From sequence record MK250027.1: a stretch of 64,000 bases of DNA; one strand, given 5' to 3'. Positions within the stretch are counted from its first letter, which is position 1. Each line of letters starts with the position of its first letter. Below the pieces are notes generated by a model. It did not search any database and was not told where the DNA came from. It worked only from the letters and a program-made list of their open reading frames with translations. The position numbers and the translations under genes were made by a program. Below are positions 21,759 through 34,715 of the stretch, one piece after another.

Positions 21759-22520
21759 ATGAAGAAATATAAATATGTTTACAACACAAAAACTGGACAT
21801 TTTATAAAGAAACTTAATGAGGATGATTCAAATGTAAAAACCGATACAAATCAAGATAATAATAACTCTAATAATTCAACGGATAGTAAAGATGATGCTT
21901 CTACTGGAAATACATCTTTTAAATCTGTTGAGTCTGATGAAACAATTCAAGACCTTACTGCGAAAGCATAGGAAAATGAAAATAAGTTTCAACAAGACTT
22001 AAATACGCAATAGAAATTATTAGACGCAGCCAAAGCTACTGCATCAAATAAAACACCAGCAGGACCATATGATCCTGTTATGACAGATTAGAATGTTTTG
22101 AATATCATGAAGAAAATAAATGATATGACAAAACAACATGCAATAGATTAGGCAAATTTTCAGGATTAGAAATTAGCTTAGCTTTAGAAATTATCACAAA
22201 CAAATGAATCATATTATAAAATTCCAGAGAAATATAAATGGTTGAATGAATCAAATATTCACACAGCGAAAATCTATATGGGTAATCTTATTAAACCTGA
22301 AGAAGATGCTCCATTAAAAGGCATGGCTGATTTTAAGCGAGCGTTTAAAGATACTGACTTACTTTATGGAAAAGATAAGAACGGATACTTCGTTGTTTGT
22401 GTGGATTAGGAAGATTTTAATACTTTATATGACACTCTTGAAGAAAATTCTTATGTTAGAGACGAAATAATTGATACAGTTATGCCTTAGTTATTTGACA
22501 GACATGAAATGATCCAATAA
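21759..22520 (+). CDS. Hypothetical late protein, possible internal head protein (TAG=Gln)
   Basis: Open to TAA 22518; KKLNED and WLNES motifs. Confidence 0.75.
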
Positions 22521-22544
22521 AAATAATTACATTAATATAAATTT

Positions 22545-23324
22545 ATGCAATATATAAGAACCACAGAAGATTTAGATCAAGATTTAATTTTATATGGAAC
22601 ATATCTGTTATATAATCCAACGACAAATGTAACAAAGTTAAGAGTTTCAGAAAAACCTATATATATAGGATTAGATGATTTCGTTGAAGTATTAAATAGT
22701 CTTAAGAAGATTGCATCTGATTTAAAAATAGTTCCTAATGAATATCCTGTATATCAATATATTCGTAGTAACAAATATAATGGTTCGACATGGAATATTG
22801 TTGCAGGTGTGGTTAATTCAGAGTTTAAAAAGATTGCAGATAAAGAATACTCAATGATTCCTAATATATAGAAGTTAATTCTTCCTAATAAGGAATATAT
22901 TGATTTCCCACATTTTGCCGCTGTTTTCAATGGTCTCATTAATAAGCATGGTGACCTTTGTGGATATTGTGGTGATATTGTTCAGTTCGCAAAAGATATA
23001 AAAGAAAATCCAATGGTTGAATTTCCATCTGGACATTTTGGAATCGAAGATTTAAGAACAGATATTGACGCTTATAATATATTTAAGATGAATAATAGCG
23101 ATACGATAAATTCATTTAAATCTTATTATGAAAATATGTCTGATAAGAAACGATTTTCATTATTTTTAGAAGATCATCCAAATATACTTGATAGCTTTAA
23201 TAATTCAACCGATAATTTTTATCTTAATATATTAAAGCAAACAACAGATAAAGATTTAACAGATGAACATATAAAATTAGCATGTTAGAAAATGCAATTA
23301 TATTTAGAAAATAATAAAGGTTGA
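22545..23324 (+). CDS. Hypothetical protein (TAG=Gln)
   Basis: Joins track ORFs; DFPHFAAVFNG...GDLCGYCGD...EDLRTDID motif. Confidence 0.7.
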
Positions 23325-23349
23325 GAATAAACAAAATTCTCAACCTTTT
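23316..23349. terminator. Bidirectional terminator
   Basis: aaaggttgagaat/attctcaacctttt between convergent genes. Confidence 0.8.
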
Positions 23350-23355
23350 CTTTTA

Positions 23356-24003
23356 TTATAAGCTTTCTATATATTTCTTTATTCCTTCTACATGAATATC
23401 AATTATAGTATTCCTGCCTTCGTTACTCAATAGCCAGGAAGCATCTTCCTTGTTGTCCATAAACATATTCTCTGTTAAACATGCTGGACAATTTGTTTTA
23501 CTTAATACATAGTAATTTGCTTCTTGATCAGGATCACCATCTGAATAATCAGGTCGAAGTTTCTTTCCTAATGGTGTTAGTTTTTCTTCTGCTACTTTAT
23601 ATAATGCAGTTGCTAATTTATCACCTTCTGTTTGACCTTTACTTGTATATACAGACCATCCTTGTGCTTTATACCACTCACCATTTCCAGCTGCATTTAC
23701 ATGAATAGAAATAAAAATAGCTTTATTTCCAGATTTCTTTTCTTCTGCATATTTTGCATTAGCACGTTGAACGCGAAGACTTAAATCATGAGACTGACTT
23801 GTAATCTCTTCAACTTCAGGATGAACAATATAGCATCTATAACCTTCAGAAATTAATTTATTATAAACTTCATATCCTATTGCGCGAACATATGCATATT
23901 CTTTTAATTTAGTCTATGCATTATCAAACACCGGACTGGATTTGCCAGGTGTATTTTGTCCGTGACCCATATCAAGCATTACTAAAACTTTACTCTTTTC
24001 CAT
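23356..24003 (-). CDS. N-acetylmuramoyl-L-alanine amidase (Amidase_3), putative endolysin; single in-frame TAG at codon 30
   Basis: LDMGHG..PGKSSP, RVQRAN, ISIHVNA, LTENMF; missing from the ORF track. Confidence 0.9.
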
Positions 24004-24005
24004 AA

Positions 24006-25469
24006 TCAATAACTTTTATCATATAATTTAAATGTATCTACTGCTAATTCTTTCAAACAATTATTACTTAAACATACTCCATCATTTCCAGCCGTAGGCG
24101 CTAAGAAATTCTTCCATTTGTCTGAAATACTCTTATTTACCTTAATTGTTTTCCTATTGCGTTTACCTTGTTTAATTTCATCTTTACATCTCTATAAAGT
24201 AGAATTAAGATTATCATATATTTTTTGAATATCTTCCTTATCCAATATATAAACGATATAATCAATATTACTAGTTCCTATATATCTTGGAAATAATACA
24301 TATTTTATATTATCATCTGATAATATATCCATTCCGCCTTTACGAGATATAGGAATTCTGAAATTATCTTCACTTGTACTCTTACGTTCAACAACAGCAA
24401 GCTCAAATTTTGCAGGATAATTTGGAACATTTGTTCTATTAGCAATATAAAAATCTCTACTACCAATACGCCTAGATGGTTCTCTTAATGATGCATACCC
24501 AAATTTATTTTTTAATACACCCTATATTCTCTATTTTAAATGAGAAGACGGATTATTATGCCCATAATCATATCTATCTTCATTAAGTGATTTCTTCACG
24601 CTAACTGCAATGGATTCAATTAAAGATTTATATAGTTCTTTTTTATTATTCATATTTTCAGTTAACTATAATTTTGATAACATATTTATTATTCGTTTAT
24701 CAATGACAGCATACTAATCTATATCATCTACCATATCTGCATTTTCTATAATAGCTTTAAAAAATTCGTTGTTAACCTTATTATACATATAAAATGGAAC
24801 ATTATCTATATAACATGTACTTGTATTAAACAATACATATTTAAATTGCTTAATTAACTATTTAAATAATTCAACCAAACATTTTTCGTTTTCAAACTAA
24901 CATTGTCTAATATAAACATTATTTGCTAATTGACTTAATCCCTAATTTACAATCTAAGGAAAATTCTAAACAAATTTTAAAGTTAATTTATCATCTGTAC
25001 TAGTTATCTATCTTTTATTTGATGTCTATATAACAAATCTTTTTCTTTTATCTTTTAATTCAAATATGATCTTATCTGTTATCATATCATATTCATTAAA
25101 CAACATATTAGCAAATGGTATCGCACATGCATCATCATCTACAATTATATCATTATTTTCATACTATGCAGGATAAACCTATATGTAATTCAAATGTGTA
25201 AATGAATCATTAAAACTGAATAAGCATGACAACATATTATATGTATACGGTAATATATCACCTTCACGTGTTTTATACTAACCTGAACAATGCTAAGGTT
25301 CATCATCTAATATTAATAAATAATGATCCTATACAACAGGAAACTAATATCTTTCTGTACCTAATTTCTTTATTAGTAACTATCCTATTTCTATAGGTAC
25401 TGTTGTTCTCATTATAGAATTTGTTAATTCAATATTATTACCAAAATCTATGTCATTAAATAAACCCAT
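24006..25469 (-). CDS. Hypothetical late protein (TAG=Gln), possible internal start at 24653
   Basis: 488 codons with only TAG interruptions; internal MNNKKELYKSLIESIAVSVKKSLNE. Confidence 0.7.
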
Positions 25470-25500
25470 TAAATATAAAATAACTATTTATTGTATTTAT

Positions 25501-25842
25501 TTAAAATGGTAATTCTTCACTAGGATCTTGCTGATAGAATGGAAGACAATTATTTCCGTAATGTTTCTTGAAATACTTTTTCTGAATCTTTTTTTCTTCA
25601 CGTGATTGTCTCATTGATTCCCTCGATACTGTGAAACTTGGACAATTTTCACAAATACCATACATATATTCATGTCTCTCGTTCTCTATATCATCATATG
25701 TTCTATTAGTAAAATGAGGTTGACGAGCACAATGGAACCATGAAATAAACATAGGATATGGATCATCAGTTACCATATCATCATAAGATTTATCATGCGT
25801 ACACTGACACATACAATATTTCTTTCTTAATCTACTTTTCAT
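25501..25842 (-). CDS. Cys-rich hypothetical protein
   Basis: 113-aa ORF. Confidence 0.65.
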   Translation of the reverse strand: MKSRLRKKYCMCQCTHDKSYDDMVTDDPYPMFISWFHCARQPHFTNRTYDDIENERHEYMYGICENCPSFTVSRESMRQSREEKKIQKKYFKKHYGNNCLPFYQQDPSEELPF

Positions 25843-25957
25843 ATTTGTTAAAATTAAAATATTATTATATAGTTTATATAATAATGTATAACTAATGTTT
25901 ACTAAACTTTATTTTTATAATTAAATACAATAATTATAAAATATTTTATTTATAGTT

Positions 25958-27094
25958 ATGACAGATATAGAATGTTTAGAATTTTATAATAAAAATATTA
26001 AATACAAACGATTTCATAAGAATTATTTAATTAAGATATATCCTGAATTTATGAAATATATACAAAATAGATTTTCGAATTTATCTGGTGATGAATCAGT
26101 TAAAGAATTAATATATAGAATAAAATATAAATTAGTAGAAAAACCTAAATGTCCTATTTGTGGTAAATTACTTAAATTTATTAATATTAAAAATAAATAC
26201 CAAACATTTTGTTCAAGAAAATGTCAATTTTCTGATGAAGGACAATAGATACAATCTCAACTTAGATTTAATACAAAATTAAAGCGCTATGGAAATGGCA
26301 CGTTCACAAATAGTGATAAAGCAAAGANNNNNNNNNNNNNNNNNNNNNNAGTTACAAATGTCGGAGCTGTAAAAGAAGTAAGAGATAAAGTAAAAGAAAC
26401 ATGTTTAAAGAAATTTGGTGTAGATAATCCCATTAAAAATAAAAATATAAAAGATAAAGTTAAGCAAACATGTTTAATGAAATTTGGTAGTGAAACGCCA
26501 TTTGAATCAAATGATATATAGAAGAAAGTAAAACAAACATGTATAGAAAAGTATGGTGTAAAAAATATAATGCAACTTGAAGAAACGAAAGAAAAAATTA
26601 AGCAAACATGTTTAATGAAATATGGTGTAGAATATCCTATGCAATATAAAGATATAATGTTAAAATCTTTTAAAACATGCTGGCAATTAAAAAAAGGAAA
26701 TAGAAGNNNNNNNNNNNNNNNNNNNNNNNNNNNNNNNNNNNNTACATTTATAGATAAAGATACAAAAAGACAATATTATTCAGAATTATATCCCTTCCAT
26801 TGTGACTTTTATTTACCAAAATATGATCTATATATAGAATATAATGGAACATGGACACATGGGAAACATCCATATAACAAAGATAATGAAGATGATATAG
26901 AATTACTCAATAAATGGAAAATTAAAGCAGAAAATAGTACATTTTATAAAAATGCAATTAAAAATTGGACTGTTAGAGATCCATTAAAAAGGCAAACAGC
27001 AAAATATAATAATTTAAATTATTTAGAAATATTTTATAATGATGATTATAAAACATATATATCTAATTATATAAATAGAATAAATGCTAAATAA
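25958..27094 (+). CDS. Putative free-standing homing endonuclease (Zn finger, TCxxKYG repeats, PD-(D/E)XK-like C-terminus; TAG=Gln)
   Basis: CPICG..FCSRKC; repeated KQTCLxKYGV; YPFHCDFYLPKYDLYIEYNGTWTHG; two N-runs. Confidence 0.7.
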
Positions 27095-27103
27095 TTTAAT
27101 TAT

Positions 27104-29266
27104 ATGGCAAGACGAAGTTCAACTATTAGAGATATTAGGGCAAACGCATTAGATAAGTAGTCAGAAAGTGTAAAAATGTCAACTGTCTATACAACTGCAA
27201 AAATTAATTAGATATTAGACGATATAAAGAAAGGTAAAAAACCAGATCTCAACCCATTTTATCATGGTAAAAAAGATTTGAGAGATTCAGGAATTACTTT
27301 TGAACGAACAGAAGAGGAAGATGAAGAATATAAAAAATGTGCAATGAATTGTATATATTTTGTTTCTAAATATGTGAAGTTTAGAAACGATAAAGGATTT
27401 ACATTAGTTAAATTAAGAGATTATCAAGAAGATGTTCTTCATCTTTTTTCTGATGAAATATGGGATGAGTCTTTACAAGATGTCCGTATGAAAAACCGTA
27501 GGGTAATCCTCCTGTAGGCACGTCAAACGGCTAAATCCACAACTTGTGTTGCGTATTTTGTGTGGTATTTGATTTTCCATGCAGACCGTAACTTGATGAT
27601 CACAGCTAATAAAGAATCAACAACTAAAGAGATCCTTAAAAAATGTATGGATGTATTCAAAGCATTGCCATATTTCTTAAAACCTGGTATTGAAGAATAT
27701 AGTAAAACCACATTAAGAACTGAAAATGGTTGTTCGCTTCGCGCAGTTGCAACTACAGGTGATTCAGCAACAGGTGATTCAATAAATATTTTACTCATAG
27801 ATGAATGTGCGTTGATATCACAAAATATAATTAAAGAATTCTGGGGTTCTGTATATCCAACTATGTCAAATTTCCAATAGTCTTAGATTATAGTGTTGTC
27901 AACACCACGTGGAAGAACAGGACTTTATTATGAGTTATGGGAAGGTGCGTAGAACGGAAAGAATGGATTTGTATCTAAACGTGTGGACTGGTGGCAAGTA
28001 CCTGGACGTGATGAGAAATGGAAATAGGATTAGATTTCTGTATTCGGACAGGACCTTTGGGAACGTGAGTTTGAATTATCGTTTGATACTAATGAGTCAA
28101 GACTTCTTTCTAAAACAGCGTTAGAAAAAATAGATCATATAAAGAGAAAATTTGAACATGTAGATATATATGGTGTTCCTAAGAGAGTGTCTGATAAGAT
28201 ATATTGGGATCCTGAATTTCATCCTGATTAGTTAACATATGAAGATAAGATATAGAGACGATTTGTATGTATAATTGATACGGCAGAAGGTAAAGAAGCT
28301 GGTGAATATGGTAAGGAAGACGCGGATTATAATGTCATGAATATATTTGAAATGAAATTATTAGATCCTGAAACCATATTGAAGAATCGATTAGGTTATA
28401 AAGCGGTTACATATATGAATTGTATATGTTTAGAATAGGTAGGTATTTATATTGATAATAATTTTGATGAAGAAGCGTGTGCAGAAGCAGCGCAACATAT
28501 AGCATTTGACGTATTCAGTAACGGTGGTGGTTATCAAGGTGAAATTGATAACATGAGAATATTGTTTGAGAAAAATTTCAATGGTAAGAATTTTTTAAAG
28601 ACATTTGCAAAGCATGATTAGTATTATGAAACCATTATATAGGGATTCTTAACAACAGGTGGAAATCACGGTAAGAAATATTTCTGCGAGTTAGGTTCCA
28701 AACTTATAGATTTAGGATAGATTATAGTTAAGTAGGATCATGAAATTCCCGTTATGTCAACAGTTGAATAGTTGAAATCATTTGGTAAAGTTAAGAATAG
28801 TTATGCAGGTTTATCAATGCATGATGATATTGCAGTTACAGTATTATTTGCGAGTAGATTTTTTGATGATGATGCTAATTTTGAATGGTTAGATGAATGG
28901 TTTAGTCAACTTCCTAATTATAATTATTCAACGATGGAAGAGAGAAATAAAGTTAATACTATATTGAATTATCTTCAAATATATGAATATACGAATGAAG
29001 ATGATGATTAGGAATCATAGAATTATGCAGAATTATCTAATATTGCTACTTCAGGATTTGGACAGATTACACAACAGGCATAGGGAACTTATGGTTCATT
29101 GATGCATGGACAAAATACATCAAATCCTTATTAGAATATGAATAATAATTATCCTATGATGAATGGTAATAATTATTATCAGTAGAATAACATGCAACCA
29201 CAATATTCTGGTACATATTCAAGTCTTAGAAATAATATTACAAATTCTAGATTTATTCGCAGATAA
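27104..29266 (+). CDS. terL: Terminase large subunit, T4 gp17-like (TAG=Gln)
   Basis: LLQARQTAKSTT, LLIDECA, IIVLSTPRG, IIDTAEG, HDDIA motifs colinear only with TAG read-through. Confidence 0.9.
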
Positions 29267-29296
29267 AAATAAATAATTAAAATACATTTATTTTTA

Positions 29297-30811
29297 ATGG
29301 ATAGAAAATTATATAAACTATTAGTAGAAGGAATATCTTAGTCATTGAAGGAAAGTTTGTTTGATGATGAGACTGATGAACTTTTGAATAATGGTGATAA
29401 TTATGATAATGTTAGTTTAATGGATGATGAGTTAAAGGAACTTATATTAAATTCATTATGTACAATAGATGATTACCATATTGTAAAATCAGATGAAAAT
29501 GATGGTTTACCAATGATTAAATAGGATCCTGAAAATACATTAAGATATTATATCGCTCCATATAGAACATATAAAACTGAAGGACTTGGACCAAGGAAGA
29601 GAAAACGATATACGTTAAATTATTTTTACAGATATATATTAACATTTGATAATAATGGTGGAATGACATTAGATATAACAAAATTTGGAGATAAACCAAA
29701 CTTTATTATTAATCTTCCATTATATAAATTTATTTGTAAAACACCATATACAATAAATGAGATAAAGCATCATTATCCATATAATGAATATAAAGAATAC
29801 GCAGAACATCAATGGGAAAAGATTTGGATATTTGAAGGAACACCGTATGGAAGTCAAAAACATATACCTAATAGTTTTGTTAAGAATTTTCCAGAAATTA
29901 TATCTCCTACTTTTTCTGATGAATTTAAAGATGATATGAATCCATCCACCAAATCTGTTATATCTAGGAATTGGTTTAAATCAGATGAAATGTTTTTATT
30001 ATTCATTAAAAAGTTAGTTAATAATCAGGCATGTATTGCAGATGAAAATTTCTTTGTTTATAATTAGAATACTATAGATGAAAGAGAAAAAGAAATTTTA
30101 TCTGGTGATTAGGATAAACAAATAGCTAATGAAAATGATGAAAAATTAAATTTCAGTAGGGATGTACTCGGCGAAAAATATTATCAAAAATTCTAGCAAA
30201 TTTAGCAATATTTTTAGCAAAATAATACAAAATTTTACTTAAAAACTATAAATACTTTAAGAACATGTAAAATTTGTTTAAAAGATACAATTCTTAATTT
30301 AAGAAAAGAAAACGGTTTTATATTTGATGATATTGATAATGTAGAAGAACCAAATAGAATAGAACCATTCTTCGAAAAACAACTTTTATATAAAATGTTT
30401 TATATAATGAAATCATAGAAACTAAATGATTGGAAAGTCGATTAGACATATGATGATTGTATTCATGGTGTTGCTAAATCATTTAATTTCTATACAACAA
30501 CCACAAGTTATTATGATTTAAATTCATTACCTATAAAGTTTGATAGTGATGATGCAATATATAAATTATATTATGTAATAGGTAAGGCAATAGCAGACAG
30601 TAAATCTATATATGATATTGGTTTAAAAGAATTTGAAAAATATTATTATAAAGATGATATAACATTAGGTCCAACAGAAGTATTAAGATCTTAGGATATA
30701 GAGAAAGCGAATAATACATCTTTTGATATACATAATTTTGATTATACATATTTAACAAATTAGTTAAAAACTATTATTGATAAAACATGTAAAAAATATA
30801 AACTAAAGTAA
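29297..30811 (+). CDS. Hypothetical late protein, possible internal head protein (TAG=Gln)
   Basis: Continuous frame; N-terminus MDRKLYKLLVEGISQSLKESLF. Confidence 0.75.
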
Positions 30812-30822
30812 TTTAATAAATT

Positions 30823-31416
30823 ATGAGGATAACTACATTAGAACAATTAAAAGAATATACCACATATACATATTTTAAAAATAATGATCCTGAATATACA
30901 AAAAAGAAAAAGGTATATATATGTCAACCTGTTAATTATATAGATGAAGGTTTGAAACATATGGATATATGGTCTGGATATATTTTCTATAAGACTAATG
31001 CAAATTCTCGTAAAGTCGGTTTTTATGGATTTATGTTAGATATTGATAATGATCCTACATATAAAAAGAAAACGAAAGGTCAACCTGAATATATGCGAAA
31101 ATTATCACCTATGTGGTATGTTAATAAAACTTTATATAAAACACAAAGTGAAGAAAATGTTAAGTTGTTTCCAGATTTAAAATTAGAAGAAAATTTTTTA
31201 ATCGAGAAAAATAAAGCTATATTTACATTAAAGAAAGAAGCAGAACAATATATAAAGGATATTAAAAACAACATTATTAAATTACCTGAGGTTGAACATA
31301 TAGTTACGATGAAAACATGGTATAAAGATAAAGACGGTAATAAGATAGAAGAAACTTCTGTAAAACATTTGCCAAGCGGTAGAACTGATGTAACAAGAAA
31401 AATAGTTAAAGAATAA
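30823..31416 (+). CDS. Hypothetical protein
   Basis: 197-aa ORF with no TAG; terminator at 31424-31456. Confidence 0.7.
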   Translation: MRITTLEQLKEYTTYTYFKNNDPEYTKKKKVYICQPVNYIDEGLKHMDIWSGYIFYKTNANSRKVGFYGFMLDIDNDPTYKKKTKGQPEYMRKLSPMWYVNKTLYKTQSEENVKLFPDLKLEENFLIEKNKAIFTLKKEAEQYIKDIKNNIIKLPEVEHIVTMKTWYKDKDGNKIEETSVKHLPSGRTDVTRKIVKE

Positions 31417-31503
31417 TATAAATAAAAGTCTTCATATTAGTTTATGAAGACTTTTTCTTTTTTATGACTATATAAATGTTAATTAACTATAATTTAATAA
31501 TAG

Positions 31504-32658
31504 ATGAATACAGAAAATAAATTTAATTATGTTCTCGTTGGTGGAACATACAATGATAATAAAGGTAAAGAATCTGGAGTTGTAAATAAATTATATCATG
31601 CATTAGGAACATTTAATGCAAAAATGTATAATGGTGGTAATTACTATGATTTAGTCGGAGAAGCATTATCCGCCATTTCAGAAACAGATCTTATTATATG
31701 GATGGCAGATGTTGATAACAAAAAAGAGAAAGTGTATCCAAAGAAAAATACCGGTTCTGTTTTGATTTGTTCAAAAGTTATTCGTGATGATTATACTTAT
31801 AAGGATGCAATAGCACGTATATTCAAAATGCATGGTAATGCCGTCATTGCAATTACAAAGGATAATGAAACAAATATGTTTGTATTTGAATTTTGGGACG
31901 CATTAGCAAACTGTTGGTATAGAGGAAGTGATATTGAAAAACTTGCATTAACTATATATCGTTTTTATATATTCAGTAGAGGTAGTATTCGCAGACAAAC
32001 ATATAGAGATAAATCATTAGTTTCATATAATGATGGAAGACCAGATGATTTGAATGATTTCATTAAGTTAAACAATGGATTAGCAGATTTTATTCAAACT
32101 TCATGCGGAGATAGGTTTTTTGGGAATTTGTCCACAAGATGTCAGAAGTTATTTCCATCAGAACGAAAAGGTAAATTTATTTATGTAAGTCCAAGAAACG
32201 TAGATAAGAATAGATTAACACCATCTGATTTTGTATTGTTTGATACTGATGATTATTCTTATTATGCAGTAGACGAAAAAATGAAACCTTCTGTTGATTC
32301 TCCTGTACAAGCAGAATTATATAAGGAATTTCCGACAATTAATTATATGATTCATGGACATGCATTTGTACATGTAATGAAAGATATAGATGAAGCAAAT
32401 ATACCAGTTGTAAGTACAGAGAACTATTTTCCATGTGGTGATCTCAGGGAATTGTCAGAAGTAAAGAAATTAATGAAGTTCATTATATATGATGAATGTC
32501 ATAAGAACTATGGTATCATTAATCTTAAAGGACATGGTTTTTTAATGTTCAGTCAGACTTTTGAACAAATGCAATATATGATTAATGATATACATTCATT
32601 TGTTATGAATGATGGTAATAGATTATTTAATTTAAAGCTAATTGATTATGGGATTTAA
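31504..32658 (+). CDS. Class II aldolase/adducin-like protein
   Basis: GNLS, YVSPRNVDK, KPSVDS..Q..LY, MIHGH, NLKGHG. Confidence 0.7.
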   Translation: MNTENKFNYVLVGGTYNDNKGKESGVVNKLYHALGTFNAKMYNGGNYYDLVGEALSAISETDLIIWMADVDNKKEKVYPKKNTGSVLICSKVIRDDYTYKDAIARIFKMHGNAVIAITKDNETNMFVFEFWDALANCWYRGSDIEKLALTIYRFYIFSRGSIRRQTYRDKSLVSYNDGRPDDLNDFIKLNNGLADFIQTSCGDRFFGNLSTRCQKLFPSERKGKFIYVSPRNVDKNRLTPSDFVLFDTDDYSYYAVDEKMKPSVDSPVQAELYKEFPTINYMIHGHAFVHVMKDIDEANIPVVSTENYFPCGDLRELSEVKKLMKFIIYDECHKNYGIINLKGHGFLMFSQTFEQMQYMINDIHSFVMNDGNRLFNLKLIDYGI

Positions 32659-33331
32659 TATTAAATCATTGTTTGTTGTAGAAGAAGATACTGCAAATAA
32701 AGATAAAGTTGAAATTAAGCAGGATAAAGTAGAACCTACTGTAAAAAAGCAAGAAGTAAAAGTAGAACAACCAGTAAAAACTGACGGTACTAATACAAAT
32801 GATGAATCAAAATCTCCTACTGATGAAGTGAACCATGAATTCCTTGATAAACTTTGCAATTATTTGGAAACATGTAAAATTGAAGGTGGCGATTATATGC
32901 AATTGAAGAAAGCAGCAAATAGTGAGGGTATGCAATGTATTCCCGATGAATCGGTTAGGTTCCAAGCTGCATTTGCAACACTTAAGAGTGTAAATCCTAA
33001 CCTTACAAAGGATATTATTCTTTCTTCTATTGATACTTATATTAATGAGATGAATAAGCAACGAGATATTGCTATTGATCAAGTTGAAAAGAAACGTAAG
33101 ATTAATGTAGGAGACAAGTCTAAAGCTATTGCAGATAAACAAAAACAAATTGCAGATCTTCAAAATGAAATTGTTAAGTTATCTACCGAGGTATCAACAA
33201 TGAAAGAAGAAGTTGATAAAGCAGATGAAGAATGTAATAGAAATGCACGAGAATTTACGAATGCTGTTAATATTATTGTTAACGCATTGGAATCAGATAA
33301 GAAAAAGATTTCAGAAAAATTAGTAGGTTAA
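32642..33331 (+). CDS. Coiled-coil protein, first gene of the ABC/OmpA operon
   Basis: Disordered N-terminus, helical core, long heptad C-terminus. Confidence 0.8.
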   Translation: MIMGFNIKSLFVVEEDTANKDKVEIKQDKVEPTVKKQEVKVEQPVKTDGTNTNDESKSPTDEVNHEFLDKLCNYLETCKIEGGDYMQLKKAANSEGMQCIPDESVRFQAAFATLKSVNPNLTKDIILSSIDTYINEMNKQRDIAIDQVEKKRKINVGDKSKAIADKQKQIADLQNEIVKLSTEVSTMKEEVDKADEECNRNAREFTNAVNIIVNALESDKKKISEKLVG

Positions 33332-33339
33332 ATTAATAT

Positions 33340-33522
33340 ATGAAAGTAATAATTAAGAATTATGATTCTACAAAAGCAAATGATATTGTAATTCCTGTTG
33401 AAAATAATATGGATAAACATGTAGACTTTTCTAGCGGTTATGTAGTATTATCAGATGGAAATAATGTTAAGAAAGTTTATATTGATTTTAACAAATATCC
33501 TGAAGTAGAATTAGATTTATAA
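33340..33522 (+). CDS. Small hypothetical protein
   Basis: 60-aa ORF inside the operon. Confidence 0.55.
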   Translation: MKVIIKNYDSTKANDIVIPVENNMDKHVDFSSGYVVLSDGNNVKKVYIDFNKYPEVELDL

Positions 33523-33543
33523 TATATAAAAATATTTTAAAGT

Positions 33544-34611
33544 ATGTCAGATTATAGTACAACAGATGTTATTAATGTTGCGAAGAATAAAGTATCACAA
33601 TGGGAGAAACCTGGTGGTACAACAGGTATGATTGTATTGGGTGTTGCCGTTGGTGCTATTGCAATTAATATTACACCTATTATGAATTTTATTGCGGCTG
33701 CTTGTGCAAGTACACTTAGTGCAATTGGAATGGCTGCTGCTCTTTTCCTTGTATTATATTGTTTGTTTGACCCACGTATTCGTAATATAGGTTCAACTAT
33801 CTATTTTATGATTATGAGGAAGATTGAAGGACTTCTCGTAGATTATGATCCTATTTCTATTGTGAAAAGAAAGATTGCAGAGATGAATAAGAAAATTCAG
33901 GAGATTACTGATAATATGGGTAAACTTCGTGGATTGATTGATAAATCAGAGAAACGTATTCAGGAAAAGAGAAAACAATGTGATCATGATTTTCAAATGC
34001 TTAATAAGTATAAGCAAACAGGAAAGATGCAAGATGCTGCTGTTTATGAAAGACAAGTAGCAAGACTTACAGAAGTAATTAAGAATTCTGAAGCGAGACT
34101 TACTCAATCAAAGCAGTGGTATGAGATTATGGGCAAACTTAAGCATCAGGCAGACCTTACAGTTCTTGATGCAACAAATGAGATTAATGAACGCGTAGAA
34201 GAATGGGAAATGATTAAGGCACAACACAAGGCATTCACTTCTATTGTCGGTATTATCAACGGTAAGGATGATCAATTCAGTTTGTTTACTCGTGCAATGG
34301 ATCATATGGCAGATGATATTTCTCAGAAGCTTGGTGAGATGTCATTTATTATTGAGGAAACTGGAGGTTTGATGTCAAAGATTGATATGGATAATCTTGT
34401 GATGTCTGATAAAGCAAATGCTCTTCTTGCTCAATATAATGCAGGTGGTTTGGATGCAGTTCTACTTGGTAGTTTTGCAAATCAACCAATTGAACATCAA
34501 CCATCAGAAACTGTAGAATTTAAGGAAGTAGAATATGCAAAAACTAATAGTAATGCAAGTTCTATTACAAATAATAAACAACAAACGCTTAGTCAACCTA
34601 ATTGGTTCTAA
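33544..34611 (+). CDS. Membrane-anchored PspA/IM30-like coiled-coil protein
   Basis: Two N-terminal hydrophobic helices then a long amphipathic coiled coil; PspA-likeness is inferred. Confidence 0.6.
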   Translation: MSDYSTTDVINVAKNKVSQWEKPGGTTGMIVLGVAVGAIAINITPIMNFIAAACASTLSAIGMAAALFLVLYCLFDPRIRNIGSTIYFMIMRKIEGLLVDYDPISIVKRKIAEMNKKIQEITDNMGKLRGLIDKSEKRIQEKRKQCDHDFQMLNKYKQTGKMQDAAVYERQVARLTEVIKNSEARLTQSKQWYEIMGKLKHQADLTVLDATNEINERVEEWEMIKAQHKAFTSIVGIINGKDDQFSLFTRAMDHMADDISQKLGEMSFIIEETGGLMSKIDMDNLVMSDKANALLAQYNAGGLDAVLLGSFANQPIEHQPSETVEFKEVEYAKTNSNASSITNNKQQTLSQPNWF

Positions 34612-34659
34612 GAATTATTTTATCATTCATTTCATTAATTATATTTTTTATTTAATCTT

Positions 34660-34698
34660 AGTGAACTATATGGATTTATTTCTATAGTTCACTTTTTT
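34660..34698 (+). terminator. Terminator
   Basis: agtgaactata/tatagttcact plus T-run. Confidence 0.7.
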
Positions 34699-34715
34699 AT
34701 TTAATATTTTATGTG

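Noticed and set aside
11101-26742. Eleven runs of N
   Set aside because: Masked or uncalled bases; the reading frame is preserved across most of them, so they carry no biological signal. They hide parts of EndoV, the 2H protein, CorA and the endonuclease, and whatever lies at 15473-15573
27104-29266. Intein, intron or pseudogenisation in the terminase
   Set aside because: All interruptions are TAG in one frame, the motifs are colinear, and there is no insertion-sized extra domain apart from a low-complexity C-tail
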